From Myxococcota bacterium (GTDB taxonomy: Bacteria > Myxococcota_A > SURF-8 > G963663525): 44,005 bases of DNA. This document shows, in pieces, positions 29,333-38,282 of the stretch. The translations under genes were made by a program, and so were the position numbers. The stretch spans positions 1 through 44,005 of the forward strand of contig CAXXVK010000051.1 in NCBI GenBank assembly GCA_963676915.2, given 5' to 3'. Under the pieces are notes generated by a model. It was not told where the DNA came from, made no database searches, and saw only the letters and a list, made by a program, of their open reading frames with translations. Numbering within the stretch: position 1 is the first letter of the stretch; every line of letters begins with the position of its first letter.

Positions 29333-31261
29333 ATGAACGGATGTACGTCCCTTGTAGGCTTTGGCTTGATTTTTCTGCTTTCGCTCCTGTGCGGCTGCGA
29401 CGATTCGGCCAGCACCTTGGATCTCGGCGGGGATTCTTCCTCCTCTGGCGACATCGACGCCACCGAATCCGACACCGAGGACGACTCTCCCGTTGCTGCC
29501 GATGATGACCTGGAAGAGAATGAAGCCATCGTCCCCGCCGATCTCGACGAGATCGAATCGCAGCCCGAGGAGGAGTTCGACCCGGACCCCGAACCGGAAG
29601 TATTCGACGAAGAAGAGGTAGAACCGGAAGCCGACCCGGAACCGGAGATCGAAGAAGTCATCTGCGAGACATCAGAGCCGTTCGACTATTCCTGCCACCC
29701 CAGCGTTCCCGAAACCTGTCCCGGAGGTATGTGCGTCCTGGGAACCTGCATCGGTCCGGTGCTCGATGCCGACCGCTGGGACGATTGCGACAACGGCACT
29801 TGCGATCCCTGCGAATTCTCCTGCCGGGCGGATTGCGGACCGGACTTCGTGATGACCGGTGAGAAAGACTATGAACTGGAAGATACGACCCTCACCGTCT
29901 GGGTGCATGGATTCACGAACAAAAGCAACAGCGATCTGGAGCAAATGGTTTACGGCGCGGATCGTAGCTGTAGTGGAATTTTTGAAGCGTTTTCCCGGTA
30001 CGGCCACGAGCGTCCTTGTGGCGAGAGCAACCCCACCGCCCCCAACCAATTCGCGAAACTCGAATATTACGGTGGTATCCCCGCCGACTGGCTAACCGAC
30101 GAGCAGGTCGCGGAAATCGAGCAATATCCTTATACTGATGGCTACAGCCGCCTGCATCGTTACGGATTGATTCTTGCCTACTACCTGCGCCACAAACTCG
30201 ACGTGACCGGGGCAACGCATTTCAACATGGCCTGCCATTCGATGGGTTGCATGATTACACGCTATGTCATTGAAAACAATATGGAAAATTTAGCCGCCGA
30301 AAACCGTTTCGTACGCTGGTTCACCAGTGCCGGTGTACTGGCCGGGGCACGCCTGGCGCGTCTGTACGACAACGAAACCGTACGCGACACAGCCTCGGCC
30401 ATCGGTCTGGACCAGGGCGACTTCACGATCATGAACCCGGATTTCTATATGGATAACGTAACCACCTGGAATCACAAGCTGTACGACCTCGACAACCCGC
30501 TGTTCGAAGGAATGATCATCCACAACGGCTGCGCCACCGATCCACACATCGCCGAAGCAGGCACAATCCGACTTCTCGACCTGAACAATCCCGGCAACGA
30601 ACCCAACGACGGAATCATGTTCACTCTGGACGAGTTTTTCCATACCCGTGGACCATTGGCCACCATGCAGCCTTCCTATTCGGAACCTTTGCCGCCGACC
30701 CACACCTTCACGTATGTGGACCATATGACCTACCCCGACACCGGAGCCGCCGAAGTACTGGCCACCGCCGTACTGTTCCACAAGCGAAAAGTGTTTATCG
30801 AAGTCAAAGAAGTGACGCTCTACAACGATCTGGAAAAGCACGAACTGTTCGACGGCAACGACGGCCAGCCTCCCGCCGAGGTCGCGGTGGAAAGTCAGGT
30901 TCGGTACAATCCGTATATTCTCGATACGTATGGCCAGAATATTCTGGTTCACGACGACCGGGTGGACAACCGTTCGACGGAGATTTTCATCGTCGAGATG
31001 GAAAACGCTCCGATGGACCCGGATTATACGGTTTTCGCAGGACCGATCTTCGACCAGATGACCGAGCTGTATCTCAAGGTCAGCTTCCTCGAAATGGATA
31101 GCTACGCCCGCTTCGGCATTTCAGAGATGGGAATCTCCCTGGACCCCCACGACGAGTTGATCGGTTTCGAGGGACAGATACAACTCTATGACCACGACAT
31201 CCTTTGGGAAAACGACAAAGCGAAAGTCGTTCTGGAAGTGAATGTGGTGGATATGTACTGA
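29333..31261 (+). CDS. Secreted lipoprotein with acidic linker, Cys-rich module and alpha/beta-hydrolase domain
   Basis: Lipobox-like LLCGC; D/E/P-rich linker; WVHGF oxyanion motif; ACHSMG nucleophile elbow; NDGI and VDH candidate Asp/His. Confidence 0.7.
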   Translation: MNGCTSLVGFGLIFLLSLLCGCDDSASTLDLGGDSSSSGDIDATESDTEDDSPVAADDDLEENEAIVPADLDEIESQPEEEFDPDPEPEVFDEEEVEPEADPEPEIEEVICETSEPFDYSCHPSVPETCPGGMCVLGTCIGPVLDADRWDDCDNGTCDPCEFSCRADCGPDFVMTGEKDYELEDTTLTVWVHGFTNKSNSDLEQMVYGADRSCSGIFEAFSRYGHERPCGESNPTAPNQFAKLEYYGGIPADWLTDEQVAEIEQYPYTDGYSRLHRYGLILAYYLRHKLDVTGATHFNMACHSMGCMITRYVIENNMENLAAENRFVRWFTSAGVLAGARLARLYDNETVRDTASAIGLDQGDFTIMNPDFYMDNVTTWNHKLYDLDNPLFEGMIIHNGCATDPHIAEAGTIRLLDLNNPGNEPNDGIMFTLDEFFHTRGPLATMQPSYSEPLPPTHTFTYVDHMTYPDTGAAEVLATAVLFHKRKVFIEVKEVTLYNDLEKHELFDGNDGQPPAEVAVESQVRYNPYILDTYGQNILVHDDRVDNRSTEIFIVEMENAPMDPDYTVFAGPIFDQMTELYLKVSFLEMDSYARFGISEMGISLDPHDELIGFEGQIQLYDHDILWENDKAKVVLEVNVVDMY

Positions 31262-31544
31262 AATGACTCGAAAAAGCACGGTTTTCCAACGAAAAATTCA
31301 CGGTTCGGCACGTCCAATTATTATGCAAAAGCCATTAGATCTCAAAAAGCGAACGATTAAATTGGAGCACCTCCAAACAGTGGAAATTAAAGGGAATAAC
31401 TGGGAGAAGTTTTTCCTGTAAATTAGCCAAGAAATGGAAAAGGCTAGACTGTTTTCACAAAATGGATACAATACGGTTATAAAATCCAAAAAAGATTCTT
31501 TCAGGATCTTTCGTTTTCTGGCGGGTGAAGGAAAGGTTGTCGGC

Positions 31545-32744
31545 ATGAATAAGCAAAGTTTGCGATTACTCGTTCTCTGCATAGGTTGTTTTTCCTTTTT
31601 CGCGCTTTCCGGCTGCGTTGTAGAGGAAGTGGGCGGGTACGGTTACAAATGCAACGACAACGGAGTCTGTCAGCAAGGTCTTGAATGCTACGAAGGCCGC
31701 TGCGTTCAGTACGAACAACTGCGCCAAGCCGAAGGAAGCGGCACCGAAGGCAACTCTTGCAACTCCGACGGCACCTGCAATTTTTCCGATCTGATCTGTT
31801 GCAGAAGCAACGATGCCTACAACTTGAAATGCGTTGATCCTTCCCTGTGCAACTGGAACGAATCCGACGACAACCCCTCCACTGGTGGTGACGAAGATAT
31901 CGTGGAGGAATCCGAAGAGGAAGTCGAGGAAGAAGCAGACGACACGACGACGAACAAGTACAATATCGAGTGGGTGTCTATTTCGGGTGGGGATTTCATG
32001 ATGGGGCCTTCGCCAAACGACCCTAGGATCGATGACGAGTTTATAGATATAACAGTAAGAGAGCTACCTCGTCATACTGTGAACGTTCCAAGCTTCGAAC
32101 TGATGCGACTTGAGGTAACCAATACACAGTATGCTTTATTTTTAGGGGACAATAAAACCAATAGTTGTTTAGATGAAGATTGCATTGACCTCGATAATCC
32201 GCGTATAGTTCACAATGAAACCTCGAATCATTGGGCTGCAAATGAAAGTTACGGTAATCACCCAATACGACTGGTGACATGGTTCGGGGCAAAAGCGTTT
32301 TGTGAAGCGGCGGGCGGTCGTTTGCCCAGCGAGGCTGAATGGGAATATGCGGCGCGAGCCGAGACGACAACGAGCTACATCTGCGGCGATGAGCCAGATT
32401 GCCTGAGTGATATTGCCTGCTGGAATCAAGCGCAAACGACGGATTGTTGCTCGGTGGGGCTGTATGATCCAAATAACTTTGGATTATCCGACATGTTAGG
32501 TAACGTCTCTGAGTGGGTAGAGGATTGCATAGATTATAAGCTCGATTACAACAATTATCCTTCAGACGGCAGTGCCAGAACCTCTTGCAGTTCAAACCCT
32601 GAAAGAATACATCGCGGTGGCAGTTGGGATCCCCCCGAGCACATTAGCTTACCCGAAACATTGCTGGTATCTTATCGAGGCAAACAATTTCCCAATGACC
32701 CATCCATATACATTGGATTCCGATGTGCCCGAGACGTGGAATGA
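31545..32744 (+). CDS. Lipoprotein with Cys-rich module(s) and FGE-sulfatase (SUMF1-like, CLec fold) domain, paralogue 1
   Basis: LSGC lipobox; GGDFMMG, EVTNTQY, VTWFGAKAFC...GGRLPSEAEWEYAARA, DMLGNVSEWVED, RGGSW and IGFRCARD. Confidence 0.9.
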   Translation: MNKQSLRLLVLCIGCFSFFALSGCVVEEVGGYGYKCNDNGVCQQGLECYEGRCVQYEQLRQAEGSGTEGNSCNSDGTCNFSDLICCRSNDAYNLKCVDPSLCNWNESDDNPSTGGDEDIVEESEEEVEEEADDTTTNKYNIEWVSISGGDFMMGPSPNDPRIDDEFIDITVRELPRHTVNVPSFELMRLEVTNTQYALFLGDNKTNSCLDEDCIDLDNPRIVHNETSNHWAANESYGNHPIRLVTWFGAKAFCEAAGGRLPSEAEWEYAARAETTTSYICGDEPDCLSDIACWNQAQTTDCCSVGLYDPNNFGLSDMLGNVSEWVEDCIDYKLDYNNYPSDGSARTSCSSNPERIHRGGSWDPPEHISLPETLLVSYRGKQFPNDPSIYIGFRCARDVE

Positions 32745-32751
32745 TGTAAAC

Positions 32752-32773
32752 GCTTTTCCTTTTACGGAAAAGC
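32752..32773. other. Hairpin starting at the 8th nt after the paralogue 1 stop
   Basis: GCTTTTCC-ttttac-GGAAAAGC; equivalent of 33905-33924. Confidence 0.6.
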
Positions 32774-32793
32774 CATAAGTGGAAAACCAGGAA

Positions 32794-33897
32794 ATGGGTA
32801 AGCGAAATTTACTATTTACCACTTTTTTTATTGGATGTTTTTCTTTCAACGCGCTCTTCGCCTGCTCCGCAACAGACGACGTAAATGAATACGGCAATGA
32901 AGGCAAATCTTGCAATCCAGACGACACCTGTAATCTACCCGATCTGATCTGTTGTAAAAATGACAATGCATACCATGGAAAATGCGTTCGAGCTTCCCTG
33001 TGCTACTCCATTGATTTCAATCCCAATTCCAATGGCGGCGACCTAGATATCGTAGATATAGAGGAAGACGAGGAGGAAGTGGACGACGACACGACGACGG
33101 ATGATTTCAATCTCAAATGGGTATCGATTCCAGAGGGAGATTTCATGATGGGAAAATCGATAAACGACACGAGAGATGAATCCGATTATTACGTAAGAAG
33201 AGAGCTACCTCGCCATACAGTGCACGTCCCAGCCTTCGAGCTAATGCAGTTTGAAGTCACAAATGCGCAGTATGCGAAATTTTTAAACACCATAGGAAAC
33301 AATACGTGCTTAGATAAAGATTGTGTTGACTTGGAAAATATTAAGTTTCGTTTAACCTTAAACATAGATGACACCTGGTCGGTGAGTGGAAGCTATATCG
33401 ACCGCCCGATAACACTGGTTACATGGTACGGGGCGAAAGCGTTTTGCGAAAAGATCGGTGGACGCTTGCCTAGCGAGGCGGAATGGGAATATGCGGCGCG
33501 AGCAGAAACGACGACAAACTACTTATGCGGCAATCAACCGAGTTGTCTTGATGATATAGCCTGTTGGGATCAATCAAATACGTTGGATTGCTGCACGATG
33601 GGACAGTACGAACCAAATAGTTTTAGATTATTCGACATGTCGGGCAACGTCGCTGAGTGGGTAGAGGATTGTGAAGACTTCGATTATGATCGAACTCCTA
33701 CAGACGGCAGTGCTTATTATGGCAAAAAGTGCAACGACTATAAACAACGCATAGTTCGCGGTGGCAGTTGGTCTCCTTTTGAAAACCATTACGACCATGA
33801 TCCTGAAACATGCTTGCTCACATCTTACCGAGATTTTAGTTATCCATTTTCTATGTCAACGAGCATTGGATTCCGATGTGCCCGCAACTTGGAATGA
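32794..33897 (+). CDS. Lipoprotein with Cys-rich module and FGE-sulfatase domain, paralogue 2
   Basis: LFAC lipobox; EGDFMMG, RLPSEAEWEYAARA, DMSGNVAEWVED, RGGSW and IGFRCARN. Confidence 0.9.
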   Translation: MGKRNLLFTTFFIGCFSFNALFACSATDDVNEYGNEGKSCNPDDTCNLPDLICCKNDNAYHGKCVRASLCYSIDFNPNSNGGDLDIVDIEEDEEEVDDDTTTDDFNLKWVSIPEGDFMMGKSINDTRDESDYYVRRELPRHTVHVPAFELMQFEVTNAQYAKFLNTIGNNTCLDKDCVDLENIKFRLTLNIDDTWSVSGSYIDRPITLVTWYGAKAFCEKIGGRLPSEAEWEYAARAETTTNYLCGNQPSCLDDIACWDQSNTLDCCTMGQYEPNSFRLFDMSGNVAEWVEDCEDFDYDRTPTDGSAYYGKKCNDYKQRIVRGGSWSPFENHYDHDPETCLLTSYRDFSYPFSMSTSIGFRCARNLE

Positions 33898-33904
33898 CGT
33901 CATC

Positions 33905-33924
33905 ACTTTTCCATTTGGAAAAGT
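33905..33924. other. Hairpin starting at the 8th nt after the paralogue 2 stop
   Basis: ACTTTTCC-attt-GGAAAAGT; outer pair is A-T here versus G-C in the paralogue 1 hairpin. Confidence 0.6.
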
Positions 33925-33994
33925 ATAATAGAAAATAGTCCCATATACTGATGATAATGTTTCGTTTTTTAGCAGGTAAAGGGAAGGTCAGGAC

Positions 33995-35020
33995 ATGAAC
34001 CGACGAGATTTGCTATTTATCGTTATCTGGATTGGGTGTTTTCTTTTTAGTATGCTTTCCGGCTGTTCCTCAGACTTGGTGAATGGATATGGCTACGAAG
34101 GCTACGATTGCAATCCCGATGGTACCTGTAATTATTCCAATCTGACCTGTTGTGAAAGCAACAGTGAATATTACTGGAAATGCGTCCCGACTTCCCAATG
34201 CAACAGTTGGACCGGCTCGACAAGCGATCTGGATATCAATACGGTCGTTCCTGCCGATAAAGACATTGTGGAATCTATGGAAGACATTGAGAAATCCGAG
34301 GAAGATTCAAGTTCGGAAGAAGACAACAACCCCGTGACGGATAAATACATGATAGACTGGATAGAGATTCCAGATGGAAATACCGTATCAAGTTTCGAAA
34401 TGATGCAGTACGAAGTGACGAATCTACAGTACGTGAAGTTCTTGAACACCCTTAGAGGTAATAACTGTTACGATTATTCATGTGTAATTTCGAGTGATTG
34501 GAAATGGCATTTAATTTATAATCCTGACATCTTGAACGAGACAGGCGCCTGGGGTTCTTGGTCGACAGATGCTGAACACGCAAATCGTCCAATGTACTTA
34601 GTTAGTTGGTGGGGTGCAAAGGCATTTTGCGTTGCTGCGGGAGGACGCTTACCCACTATAGAAGAATGGAAGTATGCAGCACGTGCCGGGACGACGACGA
34701 CCTACTATTGCGGCGATGATTGGAATTGTTTGGATGATATTGCGTGTTGGTTTCAGGAGGAAACCTATAATTGCTGCCCGGTGGGACAATACGAGCCGAA
34801 CGACTTTGACTTATACGATATGAGCGCAAATGTTAGTGAGTGGGTAGATGACTGTCAATATGATGAGATTTTGGGTACCAGTTGTTCCATTATGGGTGGA
34901 GATTGGTATCCCCATAGCTATTTACCAGAAACCAAGGTAACATCATCTTCAGAAAGCTCAATGGACGCTAATAAGGGAACACTATACAACGGCTTCCGAT
35001 GTGCCCGAGACGTGGAATAA
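33995..35020 (+). CDS. Lipoprotein with Cys-rich module and FGE-sulfatase domain, paralogue 3
   Basis: LSGC lipobox; EVTNLQY, GGRLPTIEEWKYAARAG, DMSANVSEWVDD, GGDW and NGFRCARD. Confidence 0.88.
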   Translation: MNRRDLLFIVIWIGCFLFSMLSGCSSDLVNGYGYEGYDCNPDGTCNYSNLTCCESNSEYYWKCVPTSQCNSWTGSTSDLDINTVVPADKDIVESMEDIEKSEEDSSSEEDNNPVTDKYMIDWIEIPDGNTVSSFEMMQYEVTNLQYVKFLNTLRGNNCYDYSCVISSDWKWHLIYNPDILNETGAWGSWSTDAEHANRPMYLVSWWGAKAFCVAAGGRLPTIEEWKYAARAGTTTTYYCGDDWNCLDDIACWFQEETYNCCPVGQYEPNDFDLYDMSANVSEWVDDCQYDEILGTSCSIMGGDWYPHSYLPETKVTSSSESSMDANKGTLYNGFRCARDVE

Positions 35021-35093
35021 ATACACTTCTGTAATCTCTTCAAGTGACGCCTCTGCGTTTCGTAAAGAACGTCCAGCCTTTGTAGATTTTGAA

Positions 35094-35126
35094 AAGCCCG
35101 CAAAAATAAACGATTTTTGCGGGCTT
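35094..35126. terminator. Bidirectional intrinsic terminator between convergent genes
   Basis: AAGCCCGCAAAAAT-aaacg-ATTTTTGCGGGCTT 14-bp perfect stem. Confidence 0.75.
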
Positions 35127-35145
35127 CTTATCGTGTGCCGAAGAT

Positions 35146-36870
35146 TTACCACTCCGGTCCGATCCAACCGTAGTAACGGCCCATCCAATACGGCAGCAGG
35201 TAGTCGCAGCCGGTGCGTTCTTCGCCCGAATCCACGCCGCCGTCCAGGTCGAAGGGGCTACGGTGCCAGATCACCATGTCCGGCTTGCGCGAGTAACTCG
35301 GAAGCGGATAGAGCGCTTCGTCGGGTTTGTCCGGGTTGATCTCGATGTCGGGATTCTTCGAGTTCTCCACTTTCCGATCGCGTAACGGCGGATCGGGGAA
35401 CACCGCAACCTGATACAAGGAATGATACAGGGCTTCGGCATCTTTTTCGCCGGTGGAATACAGATACCACGAGGTTTTCACCGGGTTGTGTTCTTTGATA
35501 CCCCGCCGGTTGGGGGTGTCGTCGTCGAGATTGAGCCACAACGTATCGCGGAAAACGGCCTTCAAATCCTCGAAACGCTGCTGATCTTCTTCCAACCTCT
35601 GGAGAATAAAGAAGTTTTCGTACGCCATATAGGCGTTGTACCACTTGGTGCCATAACCCATATACACCCACATGGCTTCCCGCATGATCCGCAAATATTC
35701 CCTGTTTTCATACAGTTCCGTGAAATACTGGGCAAAGCGTTCCTCGCCGCTGGCATGATAGGCCGCTTTGAACCACGCCAGCGCACTCACGGCGTCCAAG
35801 CCGTTGTCGGTCGGCCAGCCTTCCCACCATTCTCCATCGATCTGACCAAAAGACGTAACTTCGCCGTCCCGGTCGATCAGCATCAGGTTGTTGTCCCACA
35901 AGTGATCGGCCAGATTCACCAGAAAATCACGAGCCAGCGCCTTGACGTCTTCGTTTTCCACCATGTCGTACGCTGTGGAAACACCCAGCACCGCACCGGT
36001 CATCTGGTCGCGGCTGACATCGCCCCGCCATACGTAGTCGGTGTACTCGCCTTCTCCGGCGTAACGAATGCTTTTGGGATCTTCCGTGTATTGATCCTCG
36101 GGCCACAATCGGCTCCAGTCCTCTTCCCATGGCCAGTCCAGACGTCCGTAACAACGACCCGTCAAGCCTTTGACCTGGGTAAGTTCCTGGAAAAAGCTCC
36201 ATCCTTCAATCTGCTCTCGGATCGTCGCCAACGACTCGTCCGATTGCTCCACCGCATGCCGAAACGCCATGGCCGCCGTGCATTGACCGGACTGGAACGA
36301 GCAATCCCCGCAGGTCGTCAAACCGTAGTCGCCGTTCGGGTCGTCGGGTTTGGTCAGGTTGAAGCTCAACCCTCCCCACATATGGCGGTTTTCGTAAATA
36401 TCCTGGTACCCTCTGGCACGTTCGGCCATCGAACCGGGATTTTCGGGATCGCCGATGCGAAGTCCGAAAAGTTCCTCGGCGCTCGTACCTTCGGCATCGG
36501 TGGCGGAAAGCACGAAGTAAAACAAGCCTTCTTCGGTCGGTGTCCCGGAGAGTTTGCCGGTTGCGGCGTCGAGGGTAACGCCCGGCGGAAGCTCGCCCAG
36601 CGTCAGGTTCCAGGAAGTATAGGGCTCTTTTCCTCCCTGGGCCGAAAAAGACACGTCAAGCGCTTCCCCTTTGGGAGACACCGGTGGGAAAAATTTGACC
36701 AAGCCGAAAGGCTGTTCCGGCTGTGCCTCTTGTTCCGCTTCCGTCGTTTCGGCTTCTTCATCTCCTCCCTGAACCTGGGAGGTATCGTCCGAGTCGTCGG
36801 AACAAGCCGCCAATAGGACGAAAATTCCTAAAACGGCGATGAGTTCCAAACTTTTTCGTAGTTCCTTCAT
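35146..36870 (-). CDS. Lipoprotein with He_PIG-type Ig domain and a large uncharacterised helical domain
   Basis: LLAAC lipobox; GELPPGVTLDAATGKLSGTP (putative Ig); WRGDVSRDQMTG and DYLLPYWMGRYYG in the C-terminal domain. Start MKELRK at 36870 behind GGAG. Confidence 0.7.
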   Translation of the reverse strand: MKELRKSLELIAVLGIFVLLAACSDDSDDTSQVQGGDEEAETTEAEQEAQPEQPFGLVKFFPPVSPKGEALDVSFSAQGGKEPYTSWNLTLGELPPGVTLDAATGKLSGTPTEEGLFYFVLSATDAEGTSAEELFGLRIGDPENPGSMAERARGYQDIYENRHMWGGLSFNLTKPDDPNGDYGLTTCGDCSFQSGQCTAAMAFRHAVEQSDESLATIREQIEGWSFFQELTQVKGLTGRCYGRLDWPWEEDWSRLWPEDQYTEDPKSIRYAGEGEYTDYVWRGDVSRDQMTGAVLGVSTAYDMVENEDVKALARDFLVNLADHLWDNNLMLIDRDGEVTSFGQIDGEWWEGWPTDNGLDAVSALAWFKAAYHASGEERFAQYFTELYENREYLRIMREAMWVYMGYGTKWYNAYMAYENFFILQRLEEDQQRFEDLKAVFRDTLWLNLDDDTPNRRGIKEHNPVKTSWYLYSTGEKDAEALYHSLYQVAVFPDPPLRDRKVENSKNPDIEINPDKPDEALYPLPSYSRKPDMVIWHRSPFDLDGGVDSGEERTGCDYLLPYWMGRYYGWIGPEW

Positions 36871-36956
36871 GGTGTTTCTCCTTCGTTGAAACAGAAGAAC
36901 ACAGGGTAGCGAAAAATAAAAAAAACTCAAGATTCCTAAAGAAGGAGATGCAAACT

Positions 36957-37158
36957 GGGTGCATCATTAAATAGTGCGACTTTCGTAAAATCCTCTTTTT
37001 TCGTAGCGGCGAGGCGTAAGCCCGCCGTTTTTGCCTTTTGAAAGTTGCTTTTATACCCCCAATCTCCCTTTTCGGCGGGCTTACGCCTCGCCGCTACAAC
37101 CAAATGAATGAATGATTCAATATTATTGGGCCAATTCGCACCATTTTGTGATGCACCC
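36957..37158. mobile_element. 202-bp MITE-like element with 23-bp TIRs and 9-bp target-site duplication
   Basis: Left end GGGTGCATCATTAAATAGTGCGA; right end reverse complement GGGTGCATCACAAAATGGTGCGA (20/23). Flanked by ATGCAAACT (36948-36956) and ATGCAAGCT (37159-37167). Confidence 0.7.
37003..37097. repeat. REPIN: inverted pair of 25-bp GTAG-type REP units
   Basis: GTAGCGGCGAGGCGTAAGCCCGCCG (37003-37027) and its exact reverse complement (37073-37097), 45-nt spacer; each unit is internally palindromic. Confidence 0.85.
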
Positions 37159-37430
37159 ATGCAAGCTCGGGTGTGGAATTTTATGGAGGGAAATCGTCTC
37201 GAAATCCTTGGGAGCTATTTTTAACCCGCATACTTCATGAGGATCGTTGCGAGACGCCGAAAACCGAAGATATTTCAAAAAGTTGGAGCGATTTTTTAAC
37301 GGAAACACACTTGACAGTATGTTGAGTATAAAAAATCGGGAAACGAGTGAAAGATCAAAAGTTTTCAAGTCGTAGTAGATTCTTCATGAAGTATGCGGGT
37401 TAGGATGGTTTTTAAACGATCGCTTAACTT

Positions 37431-38282
37431 TTACCCTTTCACACCACCGGCCGTCAATCCTCCGACCAGGTGCTTTTGCAGCACGAAAAACAACCCCATC
37501 ACGGGCGCACTGACGAGAATCGCTCCGGCAGCGAACAACCCCCAATCCGTGGAATAGCTTCCGACGTGCCGTTGCAAAGCCACCGGTAAGGTGAAGGCCG
37601 TCTCGTCTCCCAAAAACGTAGCGGCAAGGATGAACTCGTTCCAGGCCGTCATGAAAGAAAACAGCGCGGTGACCGCCATAGCGGGACGCGCCAACGGTAG
37701 GATTATTTTCACGAAAATGGTCCAACGGCTCGCGCCGTCCATCAATGCCGCGTCCTCTAAATCTTTCGGAATCGTATCGAAGTAGCCTTTGAGCATCCAC
37801 ACGCAAAACGGAACCGCCGTCGTTGAATACACAAGCGTCAACCCCAGCATGGAATCCAGCAAACCCAAGGTATCGAGCAGAATATACAACGGCACCGCCA
37901 TCACCACGCCGGGAAACATTTGCGTTACGAGAAACAGCGACATCCCCAGCTTCGCCCCCGGAAACGTAAATCGGCTGAAGGCGTAAGCCGCTGTGGTTGC
38001 AAGACCGATTCCCAACAGGGTCGTGGCAACGGATACCGCAATGGAATTGAACAGCCAGTGGCCGAACAACCAATGCCCTGCAAGATCCTGAGCCGTGACA
38101 AGCTGCCGGAAGTTGTCGAGGCTGAACGTCGTCGGCAGGGGATTGGCGGAAAGCGAGAACGCCTGCGAGGGTGTAAGCGCCATCTTGACCACCCACAACA
38201 CCGGGTAGAGCGTCGTCATGCAAACGGCGATCAGGAAGAGATTGACCAGAATCGCCCGTTTGATGGAAGGATTGCGATTCAT
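37431..38282 (-). CDS. malG: Sugar ABC transporter permease (MalG-like)
   Basis: AAYAFSRFTFPG, MLKGYFDTIPKDLEDAALMDGA (EAA loop), AWNEF and LVGGLTAGGVKG. Confidence 0.88.
   Translation of the reverse strand: MNRNPSIKRAILVNLFLIAVCMTTLYPVLWVVKMALTPSQAFSLSANPLPTTFSLDNFRQLVTAQDLAGHWLFGHWLFNSIAVSVATTLLGIGLATTAAYAFSRFTFPGAKLGMSLFLVTQMFPGVVMAVPLYILLDTLGLLDSMLGLTLVYSTTAVPFCVWMLKGYFDTIPKDLEDAALMDGASRWTIFVKIILPLARPAMAVTALFSFMTAWNEFILAATFLGDETAFTLPVALQRHVGSYSTDWGLFAAGAILVSAPVMGLFFVLQKHLVGGLTAGGVKG

Noticed and set aside
31545-35020. Formylglycine-generating enzymes, or a complete DGR within the window
   Set aside because: The catalytic Cys motif after RGGS is missing and no sulfatase is nearby; no RT, avd or template repeat is visible.
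37311-37332. TTGACA...TATAAA promoter
   Set aside because: Spacer is only 10 nt and it points into the 3' end of a minus-strand operon.
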